DNA of 63,645 nt, the filler included. It is 9 parts of 9 records of this genome, joined end to end, with 100 filler letters (N's around TTAATTAATTAA, not from the genome) between each part and the next. Parts side by side here need not be neighbours in the genome. Positions count along the whole stretch, not along the records: positions 1 to 11,061 come from SRR31147125_28767; 8 more parts are not named here. The stretch is one strand, 5' to 3'. Each line of letters opens with the position of its first letter. The stretch's first letter is position 1. The notes beneath the pieces were generated by a model, which worked only from the letters and a program-made list of their open reading frames with translations, had not been told where the DNA came from and searched no databases. Made by a program: the position numbers and the translations under genes. Shown here one piece after another: positions 1 to 10,029 of this stretch.

Positions 1-1698
1 CCCCGATTCAATCACCTTGCCTGCTTCAAGTACAAGAATACGATCGGCATTCCGAATGGTTGAAAGTCTGTGAGCTATGATAAAGCTGGTTCTATTCTCC
101 AGGACAGTCTCTATAGCATGCTGTATCAGCAGTTCTGTCTCCGTATCAACCGATGAAGTTGCCTCATCCAGTACAAAGATGGCCGGTTTTGCAAGTAGAG
201 CTCGTGCAAAAGATATAAGCTGTTTTTCCCCGGTTGAGAGCATTGCGCCGCCCTCTCCCACCTGCGTGTCGTATCCTTCCGAAAACTTCTCGATAAAGCT
301 ATCGGCATTCACCAGTTTCGCGGCCTCTTCAACCTCGGCATCGGCAGCCCCAAGCCTTCCATACCTGATATTTTCCCGGATACTGCCGCTAAACAGATGC
401 GGTGACTGCAGCACATATCCCAACTGAGATTGCAGAGAGTGCATGGTCATCTCACGGTAGTCCATATCATCGATACGGATTACTCCTGATACCGGTTCAT
501 AAAACCGACAAATCAGGTTGACAATTGTGCTTTTCCCGGATCCTGTTTCCCCTACCAGGGCGATCGTTTCTCCGGCAGAAACCGAAAGGGAGAAATCTTC
601 AAGAACACCCTCGTTTTCATTGTAGTGAAAGGTTACATGGTCAAATTCAATATTCCCCGTAATTTCCCTTTCCTGTCTCCCGTCATCCTGAATATCCGGA
701 TCGGTATCGATAAGCGTTATAATACGTTCAGCCGATGCCTGTGCATATTGAAACTGTGCGATTACGCGGGATACTTCGATTACCGGATCAAAAAATCTGG
801 TAGTACACATGATGAAAAATATCAGATCTCCGTAACTGATATTGCCATACACCATCGCGGAACCGCCTCTCCAGAGAGCGAGCGCCGTTCCGATGCTGCC
901 CATTACCAGAACAAATGGCAGATAGAGCGCAGATATTCTGGCAGCTTTTACCGATTCGGCATTCATCTCATGAGTCAGGTTGCTGAATTCTTTAATATTC
1001 TCAATTTCCCGCACCAATGTCTTGGTGGTTCTGGCTCCCCTGACTCCTTCATTATATCCGCCGGTAACTCGTGAGTTTACATTTCTGACCTTTCTAAACC
1101 GTTTGAGAATCTCCTTCTGAAAGAAGTAACTCAACAGAATCATAATTGGAATGATACTGAATGCTACCAGAGCAAGCTGCCAGTTTCTTACCAGCATCAT
1201 TACGGCAAGCAGAACCATCAGTGTTACTCCCCATGAGATGTCAACAAGACCCCAGGTAAGGATTTCTCCCAACTTCCTGATATCAGAGGTCATTCTGGCC
1301 ATCAGCCACCCTACCGGTGTTTTATCAAAAAAACTGAATGTCAATTTCTGAATCTTCTTGAAAGCCTCTTTGCCGATCTCATATCGGACTCTGGATTCTA
1401 TTACTCCGGCTATCTCGATGAACTTCCAGATACAGAGTGCCTGAACGGTGAAAATTACAAAGAGTATAATTGCGTATCCGGGCAGCAGCTGTATATTTCC
1501 CGCGACTATGACATTGTCAATGATCCATCCCGATAGATAGGGATAGGCAGCATCCACACTTGCCAGCAGTATCATAAGGGCAACCAGCAGATAGAGACTG
1601 CCCCTAAACTTTTCCGTGTATGATAGTATCTTTTTCCACATGCTCCACTCAACCTTGCGGTTGGTGAAATCCTGTTCGCTATGTATATTATTGCTCAT
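1..1698 (-). CDS. ABC exporter permease/ATPase, second subunit of a heterodimer (3'-truncated at window edge)
   Basis: Manual translation: MSNNIHSEQDFTNRK..., Walker A GETGSGKST, degenerate signature LSTGEKQ, Walker B VLDEATSSVD, IAHRLST. Its start overlaps the upstream stop (TAATG). Confidence 0.92.
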   Translation of the reverse strand, partial: MSNNIHSEQDFTNRKVEWSMWKKILSYTEKFRGSLYLLVALMILLASVDAAYPYLSGWIIDNVIVAGNIQLLPGYAIILFVIFTVQALCIWKFIEIAGVIESRVRYEIGKEAFKKIQKLTFSFFDKTPVGWLMARMTSDIRKLGEILTWGLVDISWGVTLMVLLAVMMLVRNWQLALVAFSIIPIMILLSYFFQKEILKRFRKVRNVNSRVTGGYNEGVRGARTTKTLVREIENIKEFSNLTHEMNAESVKAARISALYLPFVLVMGSIGTALALWRGGSAMVYGNISYGDLIFFIMCTTRFFDPVIEVSRVIAQFQYAQASAERIITLIDTDPDIQDDGRQEREITGNIEFDHVTFHYNENEGVLEDFSLSVSAGETIALVGETGSGKSTIVNLICRFYEPVSGVIRIDDMDYREMTMHSLQSQLGYVLQSPHLFSGSIRENIRYGRLGAADAEVEEAAKLVNADSFIEKFSEGYDTQVGEGGAMLSTGEKQLISFARALLAKPAIFVLDEATSSVDTETELLIQHAIETVLENRTSFIIAHRLSTIRNADRILVLEAGKVIESG

Positions 1699-3581
1699 TA
1701 CTGTTCCTTTTTACCATCCCGGTGAATCAAACCATCACCGACAGCCGGTTGCACAAGTTCGTTTGTCTCTTTTGCCGACTGAATATTCCATATCCTTTTA
1801 TACAATCCATCTTTCCTGACAAGATCTTCATGCGATCCGATTGCGGAGATAGAACCATTTTCCAATACAATGATTTTATCCGCTTCAGCCAATGTAGTGA
1901 TCCTGTGGGAAATGATGAATGTAGTAGCATTATGCTCCCGCTTCTTCAGTGCTTTTCTAATCGATTCATCCGTTATGGTATCGACAGCACTGAGAGAATC
2001 ATCAAATATCAGGATCGGCGGGTTTTTAATCAGAATCCTTGCTATGGCAATTCGCTGTTTCTGCCCACCTGAGAGGGTAACTCCCCCTTCCCCGACTTCG
2101 GTATCGTATTTCTTATCGAACTTCATTATTACGGAATGTACTGCCGCCGCCGCAGCGGTATCGTATATCTCTCTGTCCTCAACATGCTTTCTGGCAAGGG
2201 CAATATTCTCCTTTACCGATTTATTGAAGAGAAATGGTTCCTGAAGAACTATCCCGACATTTTCCCGCAAATACTGCTTCTGGATACTTTCGATGGGATT
2301 CCCATCAACCAGAATTTCTCCTCCGGACTGATCATACAATCGCGCAAGCAGGTGCATGAGGGTGGATTTACCTGAACCGGTTGGACCAAGAATTGCCACT
2401 GTTTCACCAGGCTCCACGGTAAAATTGATATCCTTCAGAATTTCATATTTCCCATCGTAGCTGAAGGAGACATTATTGAATTCCACCTTGCCTTGAATCT
2501 CAGGTTGTCCTTTTCCATCCTTTTCATATTCATCACGGCCATCCAGAATCGCACCAATTCGGTCACGGGCAACAAACATCTTGCCCATGTCGGTAAGAAT
2601 TCTTCCCATCTGGCGAATCGGCCACAAGAGACGCTCAACATAGAGGATAAAGGCCGTGAAGGTTCCTATTGTAACAAGCCCTTCAACTGCCCAGAATCCG
2701 CCCATGATGATTACCAGCGCAATCTGCAGCAGACAAACCCAGTCCGATACGGCCCAGTAGGTTGCCAGGATACGCAGCAGCTCGTAGATCCGGTCCCGGA
2801 ATGCCGCGTTTTTTGTATCATATTTGTCTATCTCATATGACTGTCGTGCAAATGCCCTCACTACTCTGGTGCCTGTCAGGTTTTCCTGTATGACATTTGA
2901 CAGCGCACCTTCTGCTTCATCAACTTCCTTGAACTTCTTGCGAACACGTTTGAAAAAATAGAATGAGAAGAGAAATATCGCGGGCATCATAACCAGCGCA
3001 ATCACCGACAAACGTATATTCAGACTGAACATAATGAATGAGTTGATAGTCAGAATAAACACTGCCCGGCCAATTTCCGTCAACTGTCCCGCAAAAAATA
3101 CACGTACTGTTTCTACATCCGAGGTACAGCGCTGCATGACATCACCTGTTTCCAGTTTTACGTGATAGTCATAACTTTTATTCTGCAGCTGGGTGTACAG
3201 CTGATCACGTACTTTCATTGCAGTTTTCTCGGCCGCCTTGGCAGTCAGGAATCCCCGCAGGTACATGAAGTAACCGCCAATCATGGTAAGTATCAGAAAT
3301 ACTGCCGCATTCCAAATGAGATGCGGAACCATACCCGCGTCACGCGCAAACGGCATATTCAGAATTGCGAGAAACCAGTCCGGTAAATCGGTTATTTCAC
3401 TACCCAGAATTGAGTCCAGGACATAGAGCAGTACCAGAGGACGGCTCATCATAATAAGAGTGGAAACCCCTATTGTCCCAATCCCCAGCACATAAAGCAG
3501 TCTGACTCCTTTCATCCATTGCCATACACTGGCATTATTATGTGTATCTTTGCTTTTATTTTTTATCTGTTTTGTTTTCAT
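1698..3581 (-). CDS. ABC exporter permease/ATPase, first subunit of a heterodimer
   Basis: TM domain plus GPTGSGKST, LSGGQKQR and degenerate Walker B FDDSLSAVD. Likely start is the ATG at 3581 (MKTKQ), inside track ORF 1698..3689. Confidence 0.93.
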   Translation of the reverse strand: MKTKQIKNKSKDTHNNASVWQWMKGVRLLYVLGIGTIGVSTLIMMSRPLVLLYVLDSILGSEITDLPDWFLAILNMPFARDAGMVPHLIWNAAVFLILTMIGGYFMYLRGFLTAKAAEKTAMKVRDQLYTQLQNKSYDYHVKLETGDVMQRCTSDVETVRVFFAGQLTEIGRAVFILTINSFIMFSLNIRLSVIALVMMPAIFLFSFYFFKRVRKKFKEVDEAEGALSNVIQENLTGTRVVRAFARQSYEIDKYDTKNAAFRDRIYELLRILATYWAVSDWVCLLQIALVIIMGGFWAVEGLVTIGTFTAFILYVERLLWPIRQMGRILTDMGKMFVARDRIGAILDGRDEYEKDGKGQPEIQGKVEFNNVSFSYDGKYEILKDINFTVEPGETVAILGPTGSGKSTLMHLLARLYDQSGGEILVDGNPIESIQKQYLRENVGIVLQEPFLFNKSVKENIALARKHVEDREIYDTAAAAAVHSVIMKFDKKYDTEVGEGGVTLSGGQKQRIAIARILIKNPPILIFDDSLSAVDTITDESIRKALKKREHNATTFIISHRITTLAEADKIIVLENGSISAIGSHEDLVRKDGLYKRIWNIQSAKETNELVQPAVGDGLIHRDGKKEQ

Positions 3582-3755
3582 TGTTGTTTCCGGTTGAGAC
3601 AGCCTGTTTAGCTGCTCTATAGTACGAATGCACCTGTCTGCGTCTTGTTTTCGCAAACTCATATATGCGTTTCTCCGGGCAAAATACAACTGCCGGAAAA
3701 ACCTGGATTCACTTCAGGAAAAATTGAGGATTTGGATTGTGTATGAATTGTTACA

Positions 3756-3827
3756 CTAGATCGGTAAGTTACACAGCAAACCCTGAATTTCAGCTGGTGA
3801 GTATGATTTACGTATAATTCTAATCAT
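3756..3827 (-). CDS. Putative 23-aa leader peptide MIRIIRKSYSPAEIQGLLCNLPI
   Basis: Strong SD GGAGGAAGG 4 nt before the ATG; TTGACA-like -35 at 3888-3893 upstream; lies 5' of the ABC operon. Confidence 0.45.
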   Translation of the reverse strand: MIRIIRKSYSPAEIQGLLCNLPI

Positions 3828-3930
3828 GAAACCTTCCTCCTGAGTTTCTGGATTCGCTTCAACTATTCAAGCATGGAACGCATTTGTTGTCAATTATTTT
3901 AATGAAAATCTTTTTAGTATTTATATCAGC

Positions 3931-3960
3931 TTGCCGCACTCAATCACTGAATGCGGCAAA
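3931..3960 (-). terminator. Hairpin / probable terminator
   Basis: TTGCCGCA...TGCGGCAA inverted repeat just downstream of the stop at 3973. Confidence 0.5.
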
Positions 3961-3972
3961 GTCATGGATAAA

Positions 3973-5123
3973 CTACAGAATATCCCAGTTGAAGTAGATA
4001 CCGAAATCGGCAGTAACATTCGGAATAATAGTGACCGGAATTTCAAATACCAAATCCAAACTGTCTGAAATATCCAAATCCAATGATAGCGTTGTTCCTA
4101 CGCCTATAGACGGAGTTGTTCCCAGAAAATCTTCAAAAAATGCCACTGTATCCAGACAAAGTGAATATGCCGGTGAAATATACCAATTCAGCAGAGCCTG
4201 GGCAAAAGCATCCATTTCATCGAATTCAAAAGTAGTGGCTGGAGTAACTCCCGTCAAATCCAGCTCCACAGCATTCAACCATGCAGCTCCTTGAACTGAA
4301 AACCAAATTGCATCTCCAAAATTTCCTGCGAACATAAAATTCGGCAATGCTCTGATCGTAATGGTTTCTCCGGACATACTGTATGTCGTCTCAAAACCAA
4401 GATCGAATTCAAATCCGGTTCTGGTAACTGCATGTCTATGTCCCGTATACGATTTAAAGCATTCACAACCTGTAGATCACTGCCTGGTATGCCCAGCATA
4501 TTCGCTACATCAGCGGCAAATTCTTCTTCCTGAAGATCTGACAATCCTCCAGCCGGTTCCTGGTACAGCGCTATTCTTTCGGCTATATTTCTCAATTCAG
4601 CATCTGAAACATTGACTCCAAGCACATCAGCAAGCAGTTTTGCTTCCAGCAGCAAACTTTGGTCAATTACCCTGCCGGCTATAAATGCCAGGTAGAGCTG
4701 CGCGTCCAGATCAATCCCCGCCGCATCGGAAAAGTCAAAATCTATAGTTGGATTAACCTGCATTCCAACCGGAAAAACTGCATCAGGAGTGAAGTAGATG
4801 CTGTTTATATAGGCAATATCCAAACCTACATCTATTGATGATGCCCCAAGATTATCAAGCGATATATCCGGATTGACAGAGATTGAAAGCGCGCTTTCCA
4901 ATGGTGCGGTAACGGATTCTGTATTGAATTCTATTTCAGGATCAAAATCCAGATCATATGCGGATCCTGGTGTAATGGTCAAACTGAATATATCGGCACC
5001 ACTCAGTGATACATCCAAATCTGTTAATGAATAATCAATGACATCCTGTGAAAAATTCACAGCTGTCAACATACCGGCTCCGGCAATCAGTGTCATAAGC
5101 ATAATAAACAGTAATTTTTTCAT
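3973..5123 (-). CDS. Secreted acidic protein, possible outer-membrane beta-rich protein (frameshift near 4450)
   Basis: Signal peptide MKKLLFIMLMTLIAGAGMLTA. The 282-aa and 134-aa ORFs join via ...YTGHRHAVTRTGFEFDLGFETTYSMSG. Amphipathic strands and an aromatic-rich C-terminus. Confidence 0.6.
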
Positions 5124-5274
5124 TATTCTATCCCCTACATATAATTAGTCCAATAGGCGTATGATACCATAAAACAAACCACTGTAAAAGCATAAATTAG
5201 TTAAGAATTTTGTACGGGTGGATAATAGGTGGATTATTACATGAACCAGCAGCTCATTCGCATTCCCCGACAGG

Positions 5275-6165
5275 TCAAACACTAACCCATGCATATATGT
5301 TTCGATCCACAACCGGACTCAGCTTACCCTCTTTCTGAAGATAGGCTATGTATGATCTAACTGTACTACCGATGAGTACATACTGAGCAGCATTCATTGT
5401 CAGGGAATACCTTCGACATGTAGCAGCGATGATCTCATCCGGAGATTTGGGAACAGAGCAGATATCAAGAATTGCGCCGGCAACCTCCACTACCTTGTTT
5501 TCATTCATTGCTATCAATTCATCTAAATCAGTAACCGGATCACAATGTGACGGGATAAACAGCTTCGCATCGGCCTTTTTGAGCATCCTTAATGTTCCCA
5601 GGAAGGCTGCAACATCATAGATATAGAATATGTGATATTTTTCTATTATTGATGCCGGGAACAGCGCGTCAGCCAGAAACATTACCTCATCCGGTGTCTT
5701 GAATCCGATCATCTGAAAAAAATGTCCGGGAAGTTCTATTATTTCCATTCCTGCTGGACAATCGTGCGATTCTGATGTGAGAACATCCGTCACTCGGGAT
5801 GGTTTTGCCTTTAAGAACTTATTTTCTATGGCACTGTGCGGAAATCCGCCCCACAGATAAGAGGGCTCTAATGCGGGGAATTCAATAAACGGTTTTTCCA
5901 ACTGAGACGCGCCAATTCGACAGCTTGTAATACTCTGCAGATATGCGTTACCTCCAATATGATCGGCATTTGAATGTGTATTACATATCATTTCCAGTCT
6001 CCAGTCTCTGGATTCCAGCAGCTGACGCACCTTCCGGCCGGCATCTTTATCGTTGCCGCTGTCTATGAGATAGACTGAATCCTGTTGTATATATACCCCG
6101 ATATTAGTCGGTGATGGAATATAAAATGTATGATCTCCAACCTGTTTCAGTACTAAATCTGCCAT
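5275..6165 (-). CDS. MBL-fold metallo-hydrolase
   Basis: THSNADHIGG, LPGH, ADAL and PSH motifs; SD GGAG before the ATG at 6165. Confidence 0.9.
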   Translation of the reverse strand: MADLVLKQVGDHTFYIPSPTNIGVYIQQDSVYLIDSGNDKDAGRKVRQLLESRDWRLEMICNTHSNADHIGGNAYLQSITSCRIGASQLEKPFIEFPALEPSYLWGGFPHSAIENKFLKAKPSRVTDVLTSESHDCPAGMEIIELPGHFFQMIGFKTPDEVMFLADALFPASIIEKYHIFYIYDVAAFLGTLRMLKKADAKLFIPSHCDPVTDLDELIAMNENKVVEVAGAILDICSVPKSPDEIIAATCRRYSLTMNAAQYVLIGSTVRSYIAYLQKEGKLSPVVDRNIYAWVSV

Positions 6166-6282
6166 AATCAATCTCCAATAGGCATAAGACTACCATAAAT
6201 AAACATTGTCCTCAAATTATTATCTGATTATATTTAATACACGACTATTTTTATAATGTTTATCCATATGGAGGATATAATC

Positions 6283-6933
6283 ATGAAAATCTCTATTCGC
6301 AGATTGCAGCCCAAGGTAATGCCAGTGGTGCTCATTACATTCATAATTCTTTTTACAGCCTCCTGTATGAACAACGCGCGAGCTGGAGCTGCTGTTTTAG
6401 AATCAAACGATGAAACTGATATGATGGCATATCCTGAGGATGCCGAACGAGCTGTTTTTGCCGGGGGTTGCTTCTGGGGTGTGGAATACTACATGGAACA
6501 ACTTGAAGGTGTATTCAGCGTAGAATCAGGATATACCGGCGGACATACTGAGAATCCCAGCTACAGCGATGTGCTGTCTAAAACAACCGGACATGTAGAG
6601 GCTGTTGAAATTGTTTACGATCCATCAGTCATATCATACAGGGAGTTGGCAAAGGTATTCTTTGAGATACATGATCCAACCCAGACAGACGGGCAAGGGC
6701 CTGATATTGGGGAACAGTATCTGTCCGTTGTTTTTTACAATGATGCATCTGAAAAGAGAACTGTGGAAGAATTGATTACAATTCTCGAAGGTGAAGGCTT
6801 TGACGTAGCAACGACCCTGGAACCGGCCTCCGTTTTCTGGCCTGCAGAGAACTATCATCAGGATTACTATGAACGAAAGGGTTCTCTTCCCTATTGCCAT
6901 GGGTATGTGAAGCGATTTCCGGATGAAATGTAA
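6283..6933 (+). CDS. msrA: Peptide-methionine (S)-S-oxide reductase, predicted lipoprotein
   Basis: FAGGCFWGVE, GHVEAV, HDPTQ, GQGPDIGEQY and AENYHQDYY motifs; lipobox-like FTASC; SD GGAGGA. Confidence 0.95.
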   Translation: MKISIRRLQPKVMPVVLITFIILFTASCMNNARAGAAVLESNDETDMMAYPEDAERAVFAGGCFWGVEYYMEQLEGVFSVESGYTGGHTENPSYSDVLSKTTGHVEAVEIVYDPSVISYRELAKVFFEIHDPTQTDGQGPDIGEQYLSVVFYNDASEKRTVEELITILEGEGFDVATTLEPASVFWPAENYHQDYYERKGSLPYCHGYVKRFPDEM

Positions 6934-7203
6934 ATATTGAACGGTTAAAAACTGACTGAAATCAATCACCACTTGTTTCGTGCTTTATCTTTCTTAGCGT
7001 TAATGCAGAAAATATGCTTTTGATATGAATCCAGGAGTATTGAGTAAGAGCGAAGATTAATTATTGCCAGAAAAAGAAATAATTCATTTCATAGTTTGTC
7101 CATTGAATTAATTATTGTACACTTATATAAATAATGAATAGCGTACAGTTTTCCAAATAAGGCAAAGGATAAACATATGGACAGCGCATCAAATTAGAAA
7201 GAG

Positions 7204-8406
7204 ATGGAAAGGAAAATGGTGCCAAATGAATGCATTGAATTAGCAGGAATTGCTTTAAAACAGAGGGACGTGGACTCCTCTGTTTTATTACCCTCTCAGC
7301 ATAAGCAGTCGGAAGAACACGTCCTACTTAATTCAGCTCGAGAACACAAACTGACAGCAGCTCTTTTTCAATCCTGCTGTGACGGCGCATTGGAACTCTC
7401 TGAAAGCAGCAGACAGCAGTTAAAATCATTGGCAGGACGGGATATTGTCAGCCACTCCTATATGCAGACATGCTGGAAGCAGCTGTATGATGAAATATCC
7501 GCTGCCGGAATTGATATCATTATCATTAAAGGTCCCGTGGCCTCTTTACAGCTCTATGGAGATCCCTGCACCAGGGAATATACCGATTTTGACCTTGTAG
7601 TTCCTTCCGCACAGCTTCGGCAGTTTGCTGATTTAATGGAAAATGCCGGTTATAGCTGTGATGAACTGAGTCAGATCGGATTCTCCGATATTCGCTCCCG
7701 CCTGATTCAGAAAATGCACCATCTCATTTTCACACACCCTGCCGTACCCTACCGGATCGAAGTCCACACCGATTTCCTTGATATTCCCCATTGCCCGGTT
7801 GAATACACCCTGAATCAGATACTTGCAAGGAAAACGGTTGACACCTATAACGCTATCGAATATCCAGGTGCTTCATTAGCCGATCATATGCTGCTTTTAA
7901 TCTTTCATGGAACAAAGCATGCCTGGGTGGTCCTGCACTGGATCATTGATATTGTGAAGTTCTTTGAAATCCCTGATGATGAACTGCACAACAATGTTGT
8001 GCTGGGAGTGAAAGCGCTTGGGATGGAGAAACAAATTGCTCTCATTACAGCAATAATCAAGGAGATATTTTCAACTGCAATCCCCATACCCTACCTTGAA
8101 ATGTATGATGCGCATACTGAATCAGTGAGCAGGCAGATACAAATAGTCAAACGAAAACTCTTTTCAAGGAATCGGGAAATGTCATCAATTAAGGACATAA
8201 TCTTTTTTGCCTGGTTCTACCGCATGCCGCTGGCTCTGAAAGGCGAAAAAAAGTGGCAATTGTTTTTCCAACCGTTTCTTATCAGTCCTTTAGACGCAAA
8301 CACACACAATCTGCCGAGAATACTGCTGCCGCTTCATCTTGTATTACGCCCGTTTTTCGTTCTGAGAAGACGTTATCAACGGTTCTGTGACAGGAAAAAC
8401 CATTAG
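7204..8406 (+). CDS. Uncharacterised nucleotidyltransferase (NTP_transf_5-like)
   Basis: IKG...LY...R.YTDFDLVV, EVH, and H..KH.W..L.WIID motifs. Confidence 0.8.
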   Translation: MERKMVPNECIELAGIALKQRDVDSSVLLPSQHKQSEEHVLLNSAREHKLTAALFQSCCDGALELSESSRQQLKSLAGRDIVSHSYMQTCWKQLYDEISAAGIDIIIIKGPVASLQLYGDPCTREYTDFDLVVPSAQLRQFADLMENAGYSCDELSQIGFSDIRSRLIQKMHHLIFTHPAVPYRIEVHTDFLDIPHCPVEYTLNQILARKTVDTYNAIEYPGASLADHMLLLIFHGTKHAWVVLHWIIDIVKFFEIPDDELHNNVVLGVKALGMEKQIALITAIIKEIFSTAIPIPYLEMYDAHTESVSRQIQIVKRKLFSRNREMSSIKDIIFFAWFYRMPLALKGEKKWQLFFQPFLISPLDANTHNLPRILLPLHLVLRPFFVLRRRYQRFCDRKNH

Positions 8407-8452
8407 GTGTCATACGCGCTTTCAGAAATCTCAGGAGATGATAACTGCTCAG

Positions 8453-9679
8453 TTACAATATCTCATTACCCCGGTGAAGGCTAACTATTTTATAGGTAAT
8501 TAAGAATAGTAGAGATGAAGCAGGAAACAGTGCCATATAGCGAAACATTCCATTGTATCCGGTAAGTTCAATGAGAAATCCGCAAATTGGGCTGCCGATA
8601 AAGGCTGCCAATCCCCAGGATATGGAAATATAGAGACTCATAGCCAGTGTTTTGTGTTTTTTGGGAATATGCTCATTTACGTAACTGATACAGGTGACAT
8701 GCATTAACCCGAAGGTCATGCTGTGCAGCAGCTGCATGACTCCCATAAGCCAGATAGACTGCGAAAACCCATAAACCAGCATTCTGGTTATCATTGCCGT
8801 GAATCCCATAGATAAAGCCGTGAACCGCCCGGTAAAACGGATGATGCGTCCAGCAAACATAATCGGCAGGATTTCAGCCGCAGTTGCGATCATCCAGAAT
8901 AATCCTACATTCTCAACATACAACTCTTCCTGAAGATAGAGCGAGAAAAATGAATAGTAGCTGGTAAAACCGATACGCCCGACAAATACTATGGTGATGA
9001 GAACGAAATAATCACGGGGAATTGTTCTCAGAAATATTGAAGCAAACTGAAGAAAATCTTGAAATCTTTGCGAACGTGCTTTCCGATGTTGCGCACTTTC
9101 AGCTAATTCTTCATGCTCTTCTGATTTCTGGTGCACTACGGCGGGGAGAAAAATCAGCGTTATCCCATAACAAATACCAAAAAAGAGAACTGCCTTTGCA
9201 ATCATCGCTGGTGTAGGCATATCGAAAATCCCCGTAATTTCGAAAACGATCATAACTGCAACAAATCCTATACTGCCCGCAACCCTGATATGACCATAAT
9301 CATATTGGGGATTTTCGGTTCCATGACTGATCATTGAATCGATCACCGGCATAACAGGTTTAAATACAAAACCAAATACCGCGACCATCAAATAAACAGG
9401 GAGCAGCTGATCAATTTTAAGCATGATCAGTGGTACAAGCACACTGATCAAAGTACAAGTGAGCAGTATTGTTCTATAGCGTGATGTCCGGTCTGCCAGC
9501 ATGCCAAGAACAATCGGTCCCACTATACCAGTTACTTCCCAGACGCCCAGCAGCATTCCGGTAACCGCGGGAGAGAACCCTTTCCCATTCAGATATAGCT
9601 GGAAATAGGGCGCTACTATCGCATACATTGAGTAATACATAAAGAAGCTGATCATGAAGCGGATTTTTCTTGAACGCAT
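8453..9679 (-). CDS. MFS transporter (HcaT/nucleoside:H+ like)
   Basis: About 12 hydrophobic segments; GMLADRTSRYR, YGHIRVAGSIGF and QLLHSMTFG motifs. Confidence 0.88.
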   Translation of the reverse strand: MRSRKIRFMISFFMYYSMYAIVAPYFQLYLNGKGFSPAVTGMLLGVWEVTGIVGPIVLGMLADRTSRYRTILLTCTLISVLVPLIMLKIDQLLPVYLMVAVFGFVFKPVMPVIDSMISHGTENPQYDYGHIRVAGSIGFVAVMIVFEITGIFDMPTPAMIAKAVLFFGICYGITLIFLPAVVHQKSEEHEELAESAQHRKARSQRFQDFLQFASIFLRTIPRDYFVLITIVFVGRIGFTSYYSFFSLYLQEELYVENVGLFWMIATAAEILPIMFAGRIIRFTGRFTALSMGFTAMITRMLVYGFSQSIWLMGVMQLLHSMTFGLMHVTCISYVNEHIPKKHKTLAMSLYISISWGLAAFIGSPICGFLIELTGYNGMFRYMALFPASSLLFLITYKIVSLHRGNEIL

Positions 9680-9755
9680 AGCCTACTGTCTATCATGATT
9701 CGCGGGAAATGTCATGCCGTATTGTATTCAGGTGTATGCACAATTTCGGTTATAT

Positions 9756-9919
9756 TAACTGACCGGAAGAGTGTGGGAATGCAAAACCCCTAATTTATCC
9801 AGCAGTAAAGAGTTATTGGATTTAATTCTGTAAGATTCTTATATAGTTCTTTCATTATGGATAACTCTTATTGCAGAATAGCTTTACATTGGATTTTCCC
9901 ACACTCTTCCGGTCAGTTA
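9756..9919. mobile_element. MITE-like non-autonomous element with perfect 24-bp terminal inverted repeats
   Basis: TAACTGACCGGAAGAGTGTGGGAA (9756-9779) and its exact reverse complement (9896-9919); related ends at 25235-25258 and 29475-29499. Confidence 0.7.
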
Positions 9920-9937
9920 TTTCGTAATAATATATTC

Positions 9938-10011
9938 TTGACAGGCGCATATGAGTACGTTATTATAACGTTATCCGATATATCGTTCTACGTTATATCG
10001 TTAGTCGTTAT
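9938..10011 (+). promoter_or_regulatory. Sigma-70 promoter overlapped by three tandem palindromic boxes (putative PadR operator)
   Basis: TTGACA-17 bp-TATTAT; ATAwCG-N5-CGwTAT at 9965, 9980 and 9995 (15-bp period). Confidence 0.65.
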
Positions 10012-10029
10012 ATTTTAGGATGGGCATAT

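Noticed and set aside
7177-7203. In-frame TAG upstream of the nucleotidyltransferase (MDSASN*KEM) as possible read-through or pyrrolysine
   Set aside because: It lies in a non-conserved N-terminal stretch, and downstream ATGs have a usable SD. No pyl genes were seen.
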